A stretch of DNA of 64,000 nucleotides from a virus, in the IMG/VR virus record IMGVR_UViG_3300011269_000001. One strand, given 5' to 3'. Below the pieces are notes generated by a model, which worked only from the letters and a program-made list of their open reading frames with translations, was not told the origin of the DNA and did no database searches. Shown here piece by piece: positions 47,108 through 58,276 of the stretch (its first letter is position 1; each line of letters starts with the position of its first letter). A program made the translations under genes and the position numbers.

Positions 47108-48706
47108 CGAAAATATGAAATTGACCAACCGGGCCTACTGGACCCCGGTGGTCAACATGGTTGAAGTCGAGTGCGCCTGCCTGGAGAAGTTCTATGTTCG
47201 GGCCGACCGTGCTAAGATAGTGTGTCCGTCGTGCCGTCGCACGGCCAATATTCACGTCCTGAGGATAGCATGATTGGCGGAGCCAGCAAGCACAGTCACG
47301 ATGATGCCTGTTTTCTCCGCCAGGCAGGGTATAATCATCGTCTAAACGACTGCGTGAATTGTGGCTCCGGACCGGAGGAACACTTCGCCCCGGAGCTGTT
47401 CTGTACTTATCAGATGATTCCCGGTGACAGGCCAGAGAGATATGAATCGATGATACTGAGAAAAATCGCTGACTCCCCGGAGCCCTGCCGCGACCGTGAG
47501 CACCTGCCTCCGTCAATGATTAGCCTGAGCCCAGGCCTCTGGGAGCACACCTGCCCCGGTTGCGGAAAGAAAATTATTTTTTACATCTCCGGGAAGTTCC
47601 TGGAGTTGAAGCCCAACATGCACCGGAGCATTCTCCCGGTCCGCTTGCCGCGGAAAAACGAGGTCTGGATATGACAATGATAGTCGAAAATCGTCAACAG
47701 GTTATGGAGCCTTTTCTCAGTGAAAAGGCAAAAGCAGCTTTCGCGCCTGAGAAGTCGTTCAAGTCTCTGGAACGGTACCGGGATGAAACCCGTGAAGCCT
47801 CAGGTCGAATCAAGTGCATCTTTCTTTCGAAGCTTGTACCCAAGGTCAGTATCGAGGAACGGGTTGCGGAGCACTTTGCCGGAATTTTGAATCAGCTCGC
47901 CGAGTTCAATCTCCTTGAAGGGCACTTGGTCACCTTCAGCCGAATTGAGGCCATCATCTTCGGTGGTTACCAGGACCTGAAATGGACCGGGGAGCCGGTT
48001 TACGGCTACGCGTATCTGTGCTTTGTGCATGTACCGGCAGAGGAAGAATACCTGGCTACTGCCATCGCCAATGCCAATGACGTCACCGTCAGACGTGAAG
48101 GTTCGATTGGAGAAGTCTGTTATGATTTCTGTCCAATGTCCACGAGCGGGCAGACTCTGAAGGACTTGGCCGATTCCTTTAAGGGCGTTCTCAAGACCGG
48201 CGAGTCTGCGTAATGGGCTGCAAGCATGAGCATCAGATGCGGAAGCTCATCAACTTTGACGAGCAACGCGCTGACCCTGACCCTGAGTATCCAACGCCGG
48301 TAAACCACCAGGTGAACTTTTGTTGCGATTGCTGGCAGGTCATTGGCCAGGAGCGGTCGAACCTTTGGGGACGAGCTGTGTACCTCTGGTATCGGTTTGG
48401 CGTTCGCGCCCGATGACTCGATGGAAGATTTCTCGTGAAGCGCGTACGTCAGTGTCGAATCTGTAATTCGCGTCCGGCGCCGGCAGGCGTCATATGCGGC
48501 CTCTGTCTTCGGTCCTATCGTATAATCGTCCAGGAAGGTGCCTTCGATGTTGCTGTCTGGGCCGCAGAACGTGCCCGCAAGTACGAACGCCAGGCCCGTG
48601 GGGTTCTGAGTCGTCTGGAGAGTGAGTTTGTCATCAAGTTGATAAAGCGTCCGCCGCAGGTTAACAGTCGTCTTCTCCAGGCAATGAAGAACTACGAGAG
48701 TGTCTT

Positions 48707-49039
48707 ATGTCCTCCCCCAGAGTTGTCCACTGCAAGCGGGATAAATTTGACGTCTACATCGGCAGGCCCTCAAAATGGGGCAATCCCTTCAGCCACAAGT
48801 CCGGCACCTTAGCTCAGTTCCGGGTCGCTACCCGTGAGGAAGCCGTGGCCCGGTATCGTGAGTGGTTCCCCCAGCAGTCTCATCTTGTGGCCGACCTCGG
48901 GGAACTGATTGACAAGGTCCTGGGTTGATGGTGCGACCCCCATGCGTGTCATGGGCATGTGCTCGTGGATTTCGCCGGCCGGATGAAGATGCTCAGGGGT
49001 CTGAAATCAACTCCAGGACTAGCAGTTGGTTTTCCCTGA
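48707..49039 (+). CDS. DUF4326 protein with in-frame TGA at 48926-48928 (selenoprotein candidate or pseudogene)
   Basis: VYIGRPSKWGNPF...KVLG*WCDPHACHGHVL matches the family LGCWCxPxxCHGxVL motif. Confidence 0.75.
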
Positions 49040-51952
49040 ACTTCATGCTGTGGCAAATTTTGCCGTGGAGTTCGGGGTTGCTGTCCAGGGTCTCGGCATC
49101 GGGGGCCTCAGTGTTCAAGTCCCAGTGCGCGCCCATGCCCTCGGTGATGACCTGTTCATAGGCGTACGGGCCATTGAGGAGTCGACGGAAGGTTAAATGC
49201 ATCTCAGGGTTGACCGGGTTAAGGTCGTAGATGTCACCGTCTTCGTCTCGGACGATTTCGATGATGGCTCTGGCTTTCATGTCAGCTTCCCATCGCGGCC
49301 TTGGTGGTAGTGTCCTGCTTGGACGTCTTTCCAGAAGAGCATGGTCAGAACCCGATGCAGATGCCGAAAAAGTGCAAGACCCGATCGAGGATGAAATATG
49401 CCAAAGTCCCGAGGCCCCCAACCCAGAGCACGACCCGATGCCACCAGACCCTGCAGATTGGTCCGTACTTGGCTTTCATCGTGATGTCTTGCGCCAGGGA
49501 TGGTCGGGGTGGTTCTCTTCCAGGCGCCAGTTGTTGTCATCCCAGGCCTGGAGATAAGCGCCGCGTCCCGAATACTCTACCTGGTGACAACGTTCGCAGT
49601 GTCGACGCCGGGTGTAAGGGCGCCTGAACTTATAGTCCGGATTGTCCGGGCCAATGGTGTAGATTACCCAGAGATGAAATCCCAACCGGCAAAGCCAGGG
49701 GACTTCTACTTTGGGCTCGGGTTTGATGAGCACCCCATCCTTCCAATAGCCGCGCCGGCGCTCTTCCTCGTCCAGTTCGTCTTGGATTTCTTTGGCGCCT
49801 TCTCTGATGAGCCGGTCGCATTCCGCGTTGAAGCTCCTAAATAGACGCATCATGACGGCGATTGTACCAGATAATCCTTCTTGCAGGTAGGGCAGACGCC
49901 TTCGGTCGGTCGCTGACTGGTGGCCATCATAATAAAATGTGCACACGGCAGCCGATGGGTCCGGAGTCCGCGGGGTTTCCCGGTGCCCTTGTTGGTCTTC
50001 CGGCCCGCCATCCGAGCAAGAGTTCCACCGCCGCTGACGATGGGGGTCTTGCTGCCTTTGTTTGCTCCCGTCTTTGCGTCAGCCATTTTGTTTCTCCAGT
50101 TCCTTCACTGCCAGGTTCTCGGCTCTTGAAAGAACAGTCACTACATCCCAGGTGGATTTGGCTACTCGGTTGTTCCACTCGACCATGAATTGCCAAGGTA
50201 TAATGGTCTCTAACTCCTGCTTTTCGGTAGCGGTAAGAGTGTCCACAATGACTTCTTTTATAAAAAGGCTTGCGATGTCTTGCGAAGGTATTTCCCAGTG
50301 TTTAGAAAACTCTTTACGTTTGAGGTGGGGGCGGATTTCAATGCCCATGAGCGCTCCGCCAATACACCGCTTGCCGGACAGGTCCTGGAGAGTTCTTCTT
50401 GTCCATCCGTCTTTGATGATGAGTCGTCGGCCCAGGGCAATGGACCGTCGGGCTGATTCAATTAGGTCGGGTCTCATTTTGTTTCCTTTGCCATTCGGGC
50501 GTAGATGATAGCAGCTTTGGCCAATCTCCGCCAGAAACGAAGACCTACTCTATCTTTAGGGTCGTCGCGCGTTGGAAGAGGAGCATTCGTCCAGTTTCTT
50601 GCGGCTTCTCTCAGGGCTATAGCTTGTCTGCTGATTCGCAGCTCATATTGTTTTTTGGTCTCGCTCATTTGCGTTTGAGGTATCTCTTGGCTTTCTTTAG
50701 GGTCTTTGTTTTCTTCGGGCTGGGGTCACTTCTGATAAGGTCCTGCAGCTGGCTGATGCCCAGGCTCACCCCGAGAGCCATTTCGGCGTCGAAGAGGAGC
50801 TTCTGTCTCTCGCTGATGAACTTCCTGGCCTTGTTGCGGACGTTTTGAACCGCTTCTTGCGGGGTGTCACCAGACTCAGCCCAGGTGCCGCTGCCGGGAT
50901 ATTTCCCGTCGCCCAGGAATGCGGTAAACCATTCCGCCGGCTTCGTCTTATCAAGACAGTGACCTGGTACAACGGTCAGGCCCTTGAGGAGGGCACAGTA
51001 GTGCCAGCCCAGATTTTCGAAGACATGGGATTCCCAGCCCGGGCCTAGATTCTGACACAACTCCGCAGCATAGGCGGTGGCTTGTTCCCGGGTGGTGAGA
51101 TAGCCAGTGGGTTTCAAAATAAGTCCTCCTCGTACCGGTAGTCTACTCCGTAAACTCCTTCGTAGCCCTCGATATCCCGCCGCTGGTACGCAGCTTCTGA
51201 CCAGTTGTCGTATGGACCTGACTCGAACTTCTTAGGCTCTCCGTCAGGGGTCAGGCCCTGTCCTTCGACGTGATACGTGACGTAGATTTTCATGGAGACT
51301 GTGGGACTCCTGAAGGTGGGGGTCTGGTACCGCTGATTGTGGTGCCGCTGCGATGGTAGTAGTCCTTGAGTTCCCAGCGTAGCTCGGCGGTAAGCTTCAT
51401 CATCTTGGCCAGAGCCCAGCGGTTTCCTCCGACGCCGTTGTAATTAGACCCAAGCTCGTGTTCCACTTCGTCGAGGAGCTGATGTATTTTCCCTGTATCC
51501 ATGGCTAGGCCTGCTTCTTGGCCCTGAGGCCAGTCGAGGAACGGATTGCCGGAGCGCAGGTCCCGGAGAATACTGTCTTGTCACCCAGGCATCGCTTGCA
51601 CCTGACGTTATTGTGACCGAGCTTGTGACCGAGCTTCTTTGCAGCAACTCGTTGCTGGGTTCGGGACATCCTTCGCGCGGTGCGGCGCTTGGCCTTCTCT
51701 TTGGTTTGACGTTCAGCTTTGACTTTGGCTGCAGCTTGGTCGAGGACCTCATCCGATGCATTGGCCAGCATTTCCGGTGTCAGTGGAGCTTCCATTTTCG
51801 CAGCATCCTCTCTATTCCTTCCGGGGTGGGATTGTCAAGTATGGCCTGGACTTCCTCGGCATCTTCCATCCTGGGGAAGACAATCGAGGTCGACCTGCCG
51901 GTGGTGGGGTGCTTGAAAAACACACCCCATCCCCATCGGACCTTGTAGGCCA

Positions 51953-52918
51953 TTAGTTCAGGACAACTTGCTTGACGTCGATTCCCGTCGTGGACGTGAT
52001 GAAGTCGAAGGCGTGACGCTTCATCAGGGCACCGGTGCCGAACCAGGCGCTTGCGGTTCGTTGCTCGTCGACCGTGTTCGGATTGCCTCGACGGACGCGG
52101 GTCGTGCGCTTGTGGTCCACGTATTCAGCAACCGCGTTCAGCGCTGCCCAGGCGGTGCCCTGGATACGGGTTTCCTCGTGGCCGGCGCCGTTTTCAAATA
52201 GGTCCAGGAGCGTCAGGCGATTGTTGACCGTCCGGGTCGGAATCTCAGCGACACCAGGGCCGACAGGGAAGAGCATCTTGGTCAGGGCCAGCATGTTGCC
52301 AGCACTGAATCGGGTCTCGTAGAGACGATTGGCGACTCGTTCATAGGCCCTGTAAAAGCCCATGGCCTGACCAAGGGTCTGTCGGGCTACGTCGAGTTTC
52401 TCGTCCATGCCTCCGGTGTGGCGGATGCTCACTCGGTCCGAGGAGTTTGTCCGCAGGAAGCCGCTATGTAGAAGATTCGGCAGCTGGTTGGTGCAGAACA
52501 ACCGGATGGCGTTGATGAGTCCAGACAGAGCCGAGGTTCCGTCATGACTGTTGAAGAGCGTGAGGTACTTCCGGGTTACATCATTGCCAAGGCGGATTTC
52601 GCCTGGGAGTTGAAGGCTCAGGTAAATCTTCTTTCCATCTTCGAAGCTGCCGGCGCGGGCGAACTTGACGCCTTCGTCGCGGGCTAGAACGTCGGCGACG
52701 CTAAACATGTCCGCGTTCTGGACGAGGGAGTAGTTTTTGCCTACGACCCCGAGAGGCTTGCCGTCGTTGACCCGGATAATAGCCTTGTGGCTGGTCACGG
52801 GTCCGTTCGAGGCCGTGAACAGAGGTACGGTGGCTACTTCCCAGTTGAGTTTGGCGATTGCCAGCGCATCAGACGAGGTCTTTGCTTCCGAAACGTCGAT
52901 GCCGGGGATTCGATTCAT
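51953..52918 (-). CDS. DUF932/TIGR03299-family protein
   Basis: LNWEV, LGVVGKNYSLVQN, NSHDGTS, RLFCTNQL, IRHT, GTAWAALNAVAEYVDH. Confidence 0.85.
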   Translation of the reverse strand: MNRIPGIDVSEAKTSSDALAIAKLNWEVATVPLFTASNGPVTSHKAIIRVNDGKPLGVVGKNYSLVQNADMFSVADVLARDEGVKFARAGSFEDGKKIYLSLQLPGEIRLGNDVTRKYLTLFNSHDGTSALSGLINAIRLFCTNQLPNLLHSGFLRTNSSDRVSIRHTGGMDEKLDVARQTLGQAMGFYRAYERVANRLYETRFSAGNMLALTKMLFPVGPGVAEIPTRTVNNRLTLLDLFENGAGHEETRIQGTAWAALNAVAEYVDHKRTTRVRRGNPNTVDEQRTASAWFGTGALMKRHAFDFITSTTGIDVKQVVLN

Positions 52919-52982
52919 TGTGTCTGTTCCTTGGCCTCTGGATTGAGGTTGAGTTGACCTTAGCTCAGTCTTCTTTAACTTG

Positions 52983-53579
52983 TCAAGGATGCGAAGGGTC
53001 TTCGCCGCAAGTGCTTGGTTTTATGGTATTTCCGAACGGTGGCTTCCAGTCTTTGCCCTTGGCCAGGTAATTGTCCATGATGAACTTGGCGTGTGCGATA
53101 CTGTGTTCCAAGTCACCCATGGCCCGGTGCTTGGTACTGCCGGTGCTGGGATAGAACGTCTGGATATGGCCAAGGTCTGAAAAGGCTTTGAAGACCGACA
53201 TGTTCAGGTGCCGATACGAGAACCGTCTGAACAGGTCCGCTGGTAGAAAGCTCTTGTCGAAATGAGGATTGTTCCCGGCGAGGTAGATGTCATCGTTGTA
53301 GGCCAACTGCTTGCGGAAGAAGCCCTCCAGGTCGCCGAGAACTGCGCCGATGCTGAATCCAAATTCAACAGCCTCTTGGTAGAGTCCGGTGGTCAGGTGC
53401 GAAGCAAAGGTCATGCTTTCAAACGGATGGGTTATTGGCTTCACTAGGCTATGGAAGCGAGCCTGGTCTTGTTCCTGGAAATACTTGTCTGTGATGATTG
53501 ACGCGATTTCGAGAATCTCGTCACGCTGCGGGTCGAGGCCGGTAGTCTCAAGGTCCAACCATACGAGTCTGATGCTCAT
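52983..53579 (-). CDS. oligoribonuclease-like DEDDh exonuclease
   Basis: LVWLDLETTGLDP, ILEIA, AGNNPHFDKSFL, YRHLNMS, HRAMGD. Confidence 0.88.
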   Translation of the reverse strand: MSIRLVWLDLETTGLDPQRDEILEIASIITDKYFQEQDQARFHSLVKPITHPFESMTFASHLTTGLYQEAVEFGFSIGAVLGDLEGFFRKQLAYNDDIYLAGNNPHFDKSFLPADLFRRFSYRHLNMSVFKAFSDLGHIQTFYPSTGSTKHRAMGDLEHSIAHAKFIMDNYLAKGKDWKPPFGNTIKPSTCGEDPSHP

Positions 53580-55883
53580 GGTCTCAACTCCATTTCGATG
53601 ATGACAAATTCTCTGTCGATAGCTTCCCATCTGCCTTGGGTATAGTGTTTCCCCCAGTCGAGCATGTCGCCACCATGGTGCTCGGCGTATTCCGCGGCGC
53701 CTTTCCACGATTGGAAGACTCCCAGAATCTCGATATCATCCAAAATATCCAAACCTTTCTCTTGGAGAAGGTAGACCCTGGCGGAAGAAACAGCAGTGAA
53801 AAATATTTCCCGCTCCCCGTCGTCACGCTCTTCGTTGGGAGCAAAAGTAGTCATGCGAAAAACTCGGCCGTCGCGGATGTCAAGCCAGAAATTCTCCCAA
53901 TGGGAACCTGCCTGAGGACATTTGTCGCAACTTTGGTAGATATGAACTGTCCCAGAATACGCAGAATCTGTAGCTACGAGCGGTCGTGGAGGGTCGAGAT
54001 TAAGACCAGCAGCACGGCAGTTGTCGATGTCCGCGGTGTTGCACTCCTCTAGAATTCGACCGTCTGCCATGATGCGGTAGTTGTCCAGCGAGCAGTCCAG
54101 GTCCTTGGTCTGCCATTCTTCGCGCATCACATGCCCGTTGCGGCATAGTCGCGGGGTCTCGAAGCGGAATGAATCGAACATGCCCATTAGCGTAGCTCCT
54201 GCAGTGCCCTTGCCACCGGGTCGAGATTGAGTTCGTTCGGAATGAACAGCGCGTCGTAGCCCTGGCATGGCGACGAAGGATAGCAAACGTAGGTGATGAG
54301 TATTGCCCATCTGAGGGCTTCGGGGTCTTCGAGCACAGCCCCGCAGAGAAACCAACTACGGAATGGCATGCAATCGACTTTTGCCCTCAGGAACTTTGAG
54401 TCAGCGAAATGCTGTTGGACCTCGACTATCGCCAGCTCTCGCTCGCTCATCGGTCGACCTTCGATGTCCACCGGCGGCGAGTCGACTTCCGCGCAGGCGC
54501 CCACCGACAAGAGAAGCATGAAGAGAAGAAGGCGCACTAGAATCCTTTCTTATGGTAGAGAATTTCCTTCAAGGCCTCGCGGGCATACCCGCTGCTTTCA
54601 TAACTGTCGAATTCTGACTCAACTTTGCCGATGATACCCCGGACCAGATAGTCAAGGTGCTCGCGAATCAAGGCCCGAGTTTCTGTGACCTGGTTAAACG
54701 TGAATTGAGATTTCCATTCGGGAAACAAGCGTTCAAACAGTTCATCCACTCGGTCGTCTAGGGTTCTTGGTCCAATTATGCCCATGCTACACTGCTCCTA
54801 CCTTCCGCGATGCGGATACGGTTGTCTGGGTTGCCGTCCCATTCTACTACAAGGCCATTCAAGTTCTTGGCGGTACAGTAGACCAGATGGCCGATGTTCT
54901 TCTGTGTCAGTCCGGATGCCCCGGGGCCGACGTCGAACGCCAGGTAGACTTCCTTGCTGTCTTCTAGGCGTTCGCTATCCTGTTTGTGGTAGAAGACGAC
55001 ACCCTTCTTGTCTCTGAGTTCTTCCTCGGTCAGTGCCTCGAAGCCGCAGCCGAGGCAACACATCCAATTCTGTTTAGCCAGGAAGCCCTCCTTGCGGAGG
55101 TCCCGGAAAAATCGGTTCAATTTTTTCTTAAATTCGGTCATGGCCCCAGCCAGATTCGGTAGTAGTCTGCGAAATCATACAACTCGTCGAGTTTTTTGTC
55201 AAAGTCTTCGACATCTGCCTCGGAATCTTCAGCCAGGTCGCGGAAGTCCTGGTCAAGGTCCGTGTCCTTGAAGAGGGTAGGATTCTCCGCCAATTTGCCG
55301 GCAATCTTCACCGCGGTCTGCCGCCAGTCGAGGGTGTTATCGTTTAGGAAAACCTTGATGTCGACGGTGCCGCGCCAGGGTTTCGGGGAGTAGCTCATGG
55401 GGTTTATCCGAATGGGTACAGGTGGCAGTTGCGTTCAGCACTCCACCGGGGACCGGCTTGGCCTTTCTTGACCCGCGGTCGATAGTGCATATTCAAAGCG
55501 TGGTCTACTTCCATCTGAGACCCACCGGTCATTTCCATGATTTCTGCCAGGCTCCAATTGCCAGGGCGTTTGATTTTGGCGAGAACTTCATCTGGGGTCA
55601 TGGAATCTCCGCGTGCTCCGGGCAGTGCCGGCCAGGATTGGTGTCAGTTCGAAGGCAATTCGGTCTGGAGCAGACCCGGACGAATTCCTCTACGTCCATG
55701 ATAGTGGCCTTGGGATAGAAGTAGAGAACCTCATCGCGGTTCCGGGCATAGCCCACCGACGTCCAGGTATGACCCATGAGGCCAGTGTCCTGGAAGATGA
55801 TGTAGCCGCCGTTGGATTGTGGCGTGGCGACGGTCAGGTCGCCGGCTGTGACTGCAAGGCGCTTAGCCATGATTCTGGTTTTA

Positions 55884-57950
55884 TCCGAAGATAATATTTT
55901 TGTCAAGTAGCAGCCCCGGGAGTCGAACCGATATCTCAGGCTTATGAGGCCCGCGTTGGTTATCCGTTCCACTCGGCTGCTATAAGTCCATCTTAAAAGA
56001 AATCCTGGTACCTTTGGCTTGACTAATGACGGTGCCGTTGTCCCAGCTCTGGAACATGCTCTGCATGCGCTTGAGGACGCTGACTTCGTCTTCTGGTAGA
56101 TACTGGTTCTCGTCAATGAACCTTTGAGCATCCGTCGCAGTTTTGAAGACAGCCAGGAATTCAGTACAGCCATCGCCCGAGGTCTCTCGAAGCACCATGA
56201 ACGCTCCGCCGTCCCGCGTCTGTTTAATCAGCCACATTGGTTATGCCGTCCCTTCAGCTTCGAGTTTTTTCAGGTCCGTGATGAGCTTGCCGATTCCCTT
56301 GGATAGCCTCTGGTTGCGGGCCTTGGCTGTCTCCGTCGGCCGGCAGAGGTAGAGCACGGCTGCGGTTACTGGCTGGCCTTCGACTAGGAAGTCTCTGGTG
56401 GAAGTGAACGCCCGGTAGTTCTTGCCCCCGACATTCACTCGACCCTCAACGTCATGTCCGCTCATTTGCGGTCTTTGCAGATACCGTAGACCGTAGACTC
56501 GCAAGCCGTTGCGCGCGACTTCAATGACCAAGCCGACCAGCTTCTTGATAGTGCCGTCCTGGTGCCAGCTAACGTCGAAGCGGACTCGACCGTCGGTAAT
56601 AGGCGCCGGGAATGGGATGACTTTGGGCCATATTGCCGCCGTTAGGTCATCATTCGATGACCATTCCGCGAAGGCCACGATGCCCTTGAGTGGTGGAACG
56701 TCTCTCGTTTTCATGGTTCCTTCTTTAGCAAGCGAAAATATTTTTGTCAACTGCCGAATGTGGGGACTTGGACCACGGGCTTCAAGTTCGCGTCGTGTTC
56801 CAAGGTGTAGGGGCTACCGTAGCAGCTGTGGTAGAGCAGGATTCCAACGGGCTTGATGTCGGTCACCCCGTAGTCTGCGGAAGTTTTCTTGATGGAGGTG
56901 TAGATGCGCTTGACTGTACGGCCGGTGTCGATGAGGTCATCCACGATGAGATAACGGGTCCCGTCGGACGCGAATCCGTTCACCCTGTGGCTGTCGTGGG
57001 AGTCATCCCTTTCCTTGCGTACAGATAGAATCGGGAGCTTGAGCTTGTACCCCAGGATGGCGATGATGAGTCCGGATTGACCGCAACCGGCCAAGGTATT
57101 GACTCCGTGGGTTGCCTGCAGGCGGCGGATTTTCCTCGCGAGTCTGGTCACGAGTTTCGGGAGCGTCAGTGGGTTGAAAATGTCTGACGTGTGACCGGGT
57201 GCGATGAGACGACCGGAGCCCTGTTGATAGAAGTCGTCAATTGGCATAGGATTAGCGGGCATGTCAGACCTTAGATGAGGGGTAGAAAACGGTCGTACTT
57301 GTCGCCGGTCGCCTTCACAATCTTGGCCGCGAGCTTGACCGTGGCCTCATTGCGGGGGTCGTACCACCCCGAGCCCTTCTCGAAGATGTCAGCCCAGGCC
57401 TCAATAGCGACCAGGAATAACCTCATCGCCTTCTGCTGTAGGGTTCGATGGGTCCGGGTCGTCAATTGCTCGGCAAACTCCTTCATGTCGCTCTCGTTGG
57501 CCTTGTTCACGAACTCGTCTACAAGCTCGGCCAATTCAGTGCCGGATAGGTCTCGACCATGGACAGTGACGGCCAGGCGATTCTCTCCATGGAGATAGAT
57601 GACTTTGCTACTCACGGGTATATCCCACTTTCAGGTAGGCGTCGACGAATTGTTTGAGGAGGGCCTCGGCGGGGACTGCAACCGCGTCCCGCATCTTGCC
57701 AAACTTCTTCCAACCGTAGCTGTGCCGGCGGCCATCGGACGAGAACCGGATGTCGCGCTTCCGGAGGATAGAACCATCGCTCATCAGCGCGACCGTGGTT
57801 CGACTCCAGTTCGTGAGGTCGTCGGTGGGGTCCTCGCGGACTTTGCTCAATCTGACCAACTCCGTTCTGCCCCGCGCGTTCAACTTTGCCATTTGGCTCT
57901 CCAGGCGTTTGTGGTAGACTCTTTATCCAACGTGGAATATTTTTTGTCAA
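55884..57950 (-). promoter_or_regulatory. repeated early promoter TTGACAAAAA(A)TATT...TAAA
   Basis: TTGACA on the minus strand at 55901-55906, 56745-56750 and 57945-57950 sharing the AAAATATT spacer; plain TTGACA also at 51833-51838 and 52981-52986. Confidence 0.7.
56747..57262 (-). CDS. type I phosphoribosyltransferase
   Basis: PRPP loop YLIVDDLIDTGRT; VRK. Confidence 0.8.
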   Translation of the reverse strand: MPANPMPIDDFYQQGSGRLIAPGHTSDIFNPLTLPKLVTRLARKIRRLQATHGVNTLAGCGQSGLIIAILGYKLKLPILSVRKERDDSHDSHRVNGFASDGTRYLIVDDLIDTGRTVKRIYTSIKKTSADYGVTDIKPVGILLYHSCYGSPYTLEHDANLKPVVQVPTFGS

Positions 57951-58276
57951 TAGGCCCTCCGCGGCACCGTATATTCTACTGTGAGTGTACCTGCGCTGAG
58001 GTCAAGAAATTTGCTGACGGTCAGGGCATACCTCACTTCTACCCACTTGACAAAACCCGCGAGGCCATGAAGAAGTTCCGTTTTTTCAAGGACATCAGTC
58101 ATCGACATTTTGCCGACAACAATCATTACCGCCCGGACTGTAAGTGTCCTCTGTTCTGGGCTGTGCACATCGGCGGAAAACACGTGATGAGTTTCAAGGA
58201 AGATAAAGGCGTCCAGTTGCTCTCTGACACAATCTCCGCTTCGCCCGGGAGTCAATCTATCCTTTAGGGAGCGTGA

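Larger units (their letters stand above)
41166..48812 (+). other. dense array of small overlapping accessory ORFs (e.g. 41166-41372, 41781-42026, 42023-42205, 43209-43508, 43772-44269, 44253-44483, 44485-44724, 44721-45191, 46546-46824, 47270-47674, 47671-48213, 48213-48416, 48435-48812), many Cys-rich
   Basis: head-to-tail packing with ATGA-type overlaps; no recognisable families except those listed separately. Confidence 0.65.
48993..57892 (-). other. minus-strand array of small early-type accessory ORFs driven by TTGACA promoters
   Basis: tightly packed ORFs (48993-49280, 49476-49853, 49850-50086, 50079-50477, 50474-50668, 50665-51117, 51290-51502, 51505-51795, 53576-54187, 54187-54537, 54776-55141, 55138-55398, 55404-55601, 55598-55870, 55980-56237, 56241-56714, 57271-57615, 57608-57892). 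Confidence 0.65.

Noticed and set aside
47842-47870. KVSIEERVAE resembling portal KVSIERLAFE
   Set aside because: Match too short to distinguish from chance
51611-51636. 12-bp tandem repeat TTGTGACCGAGC
   Set aside because: Simple in-frame duplication (KLGH twice) with no wider structure
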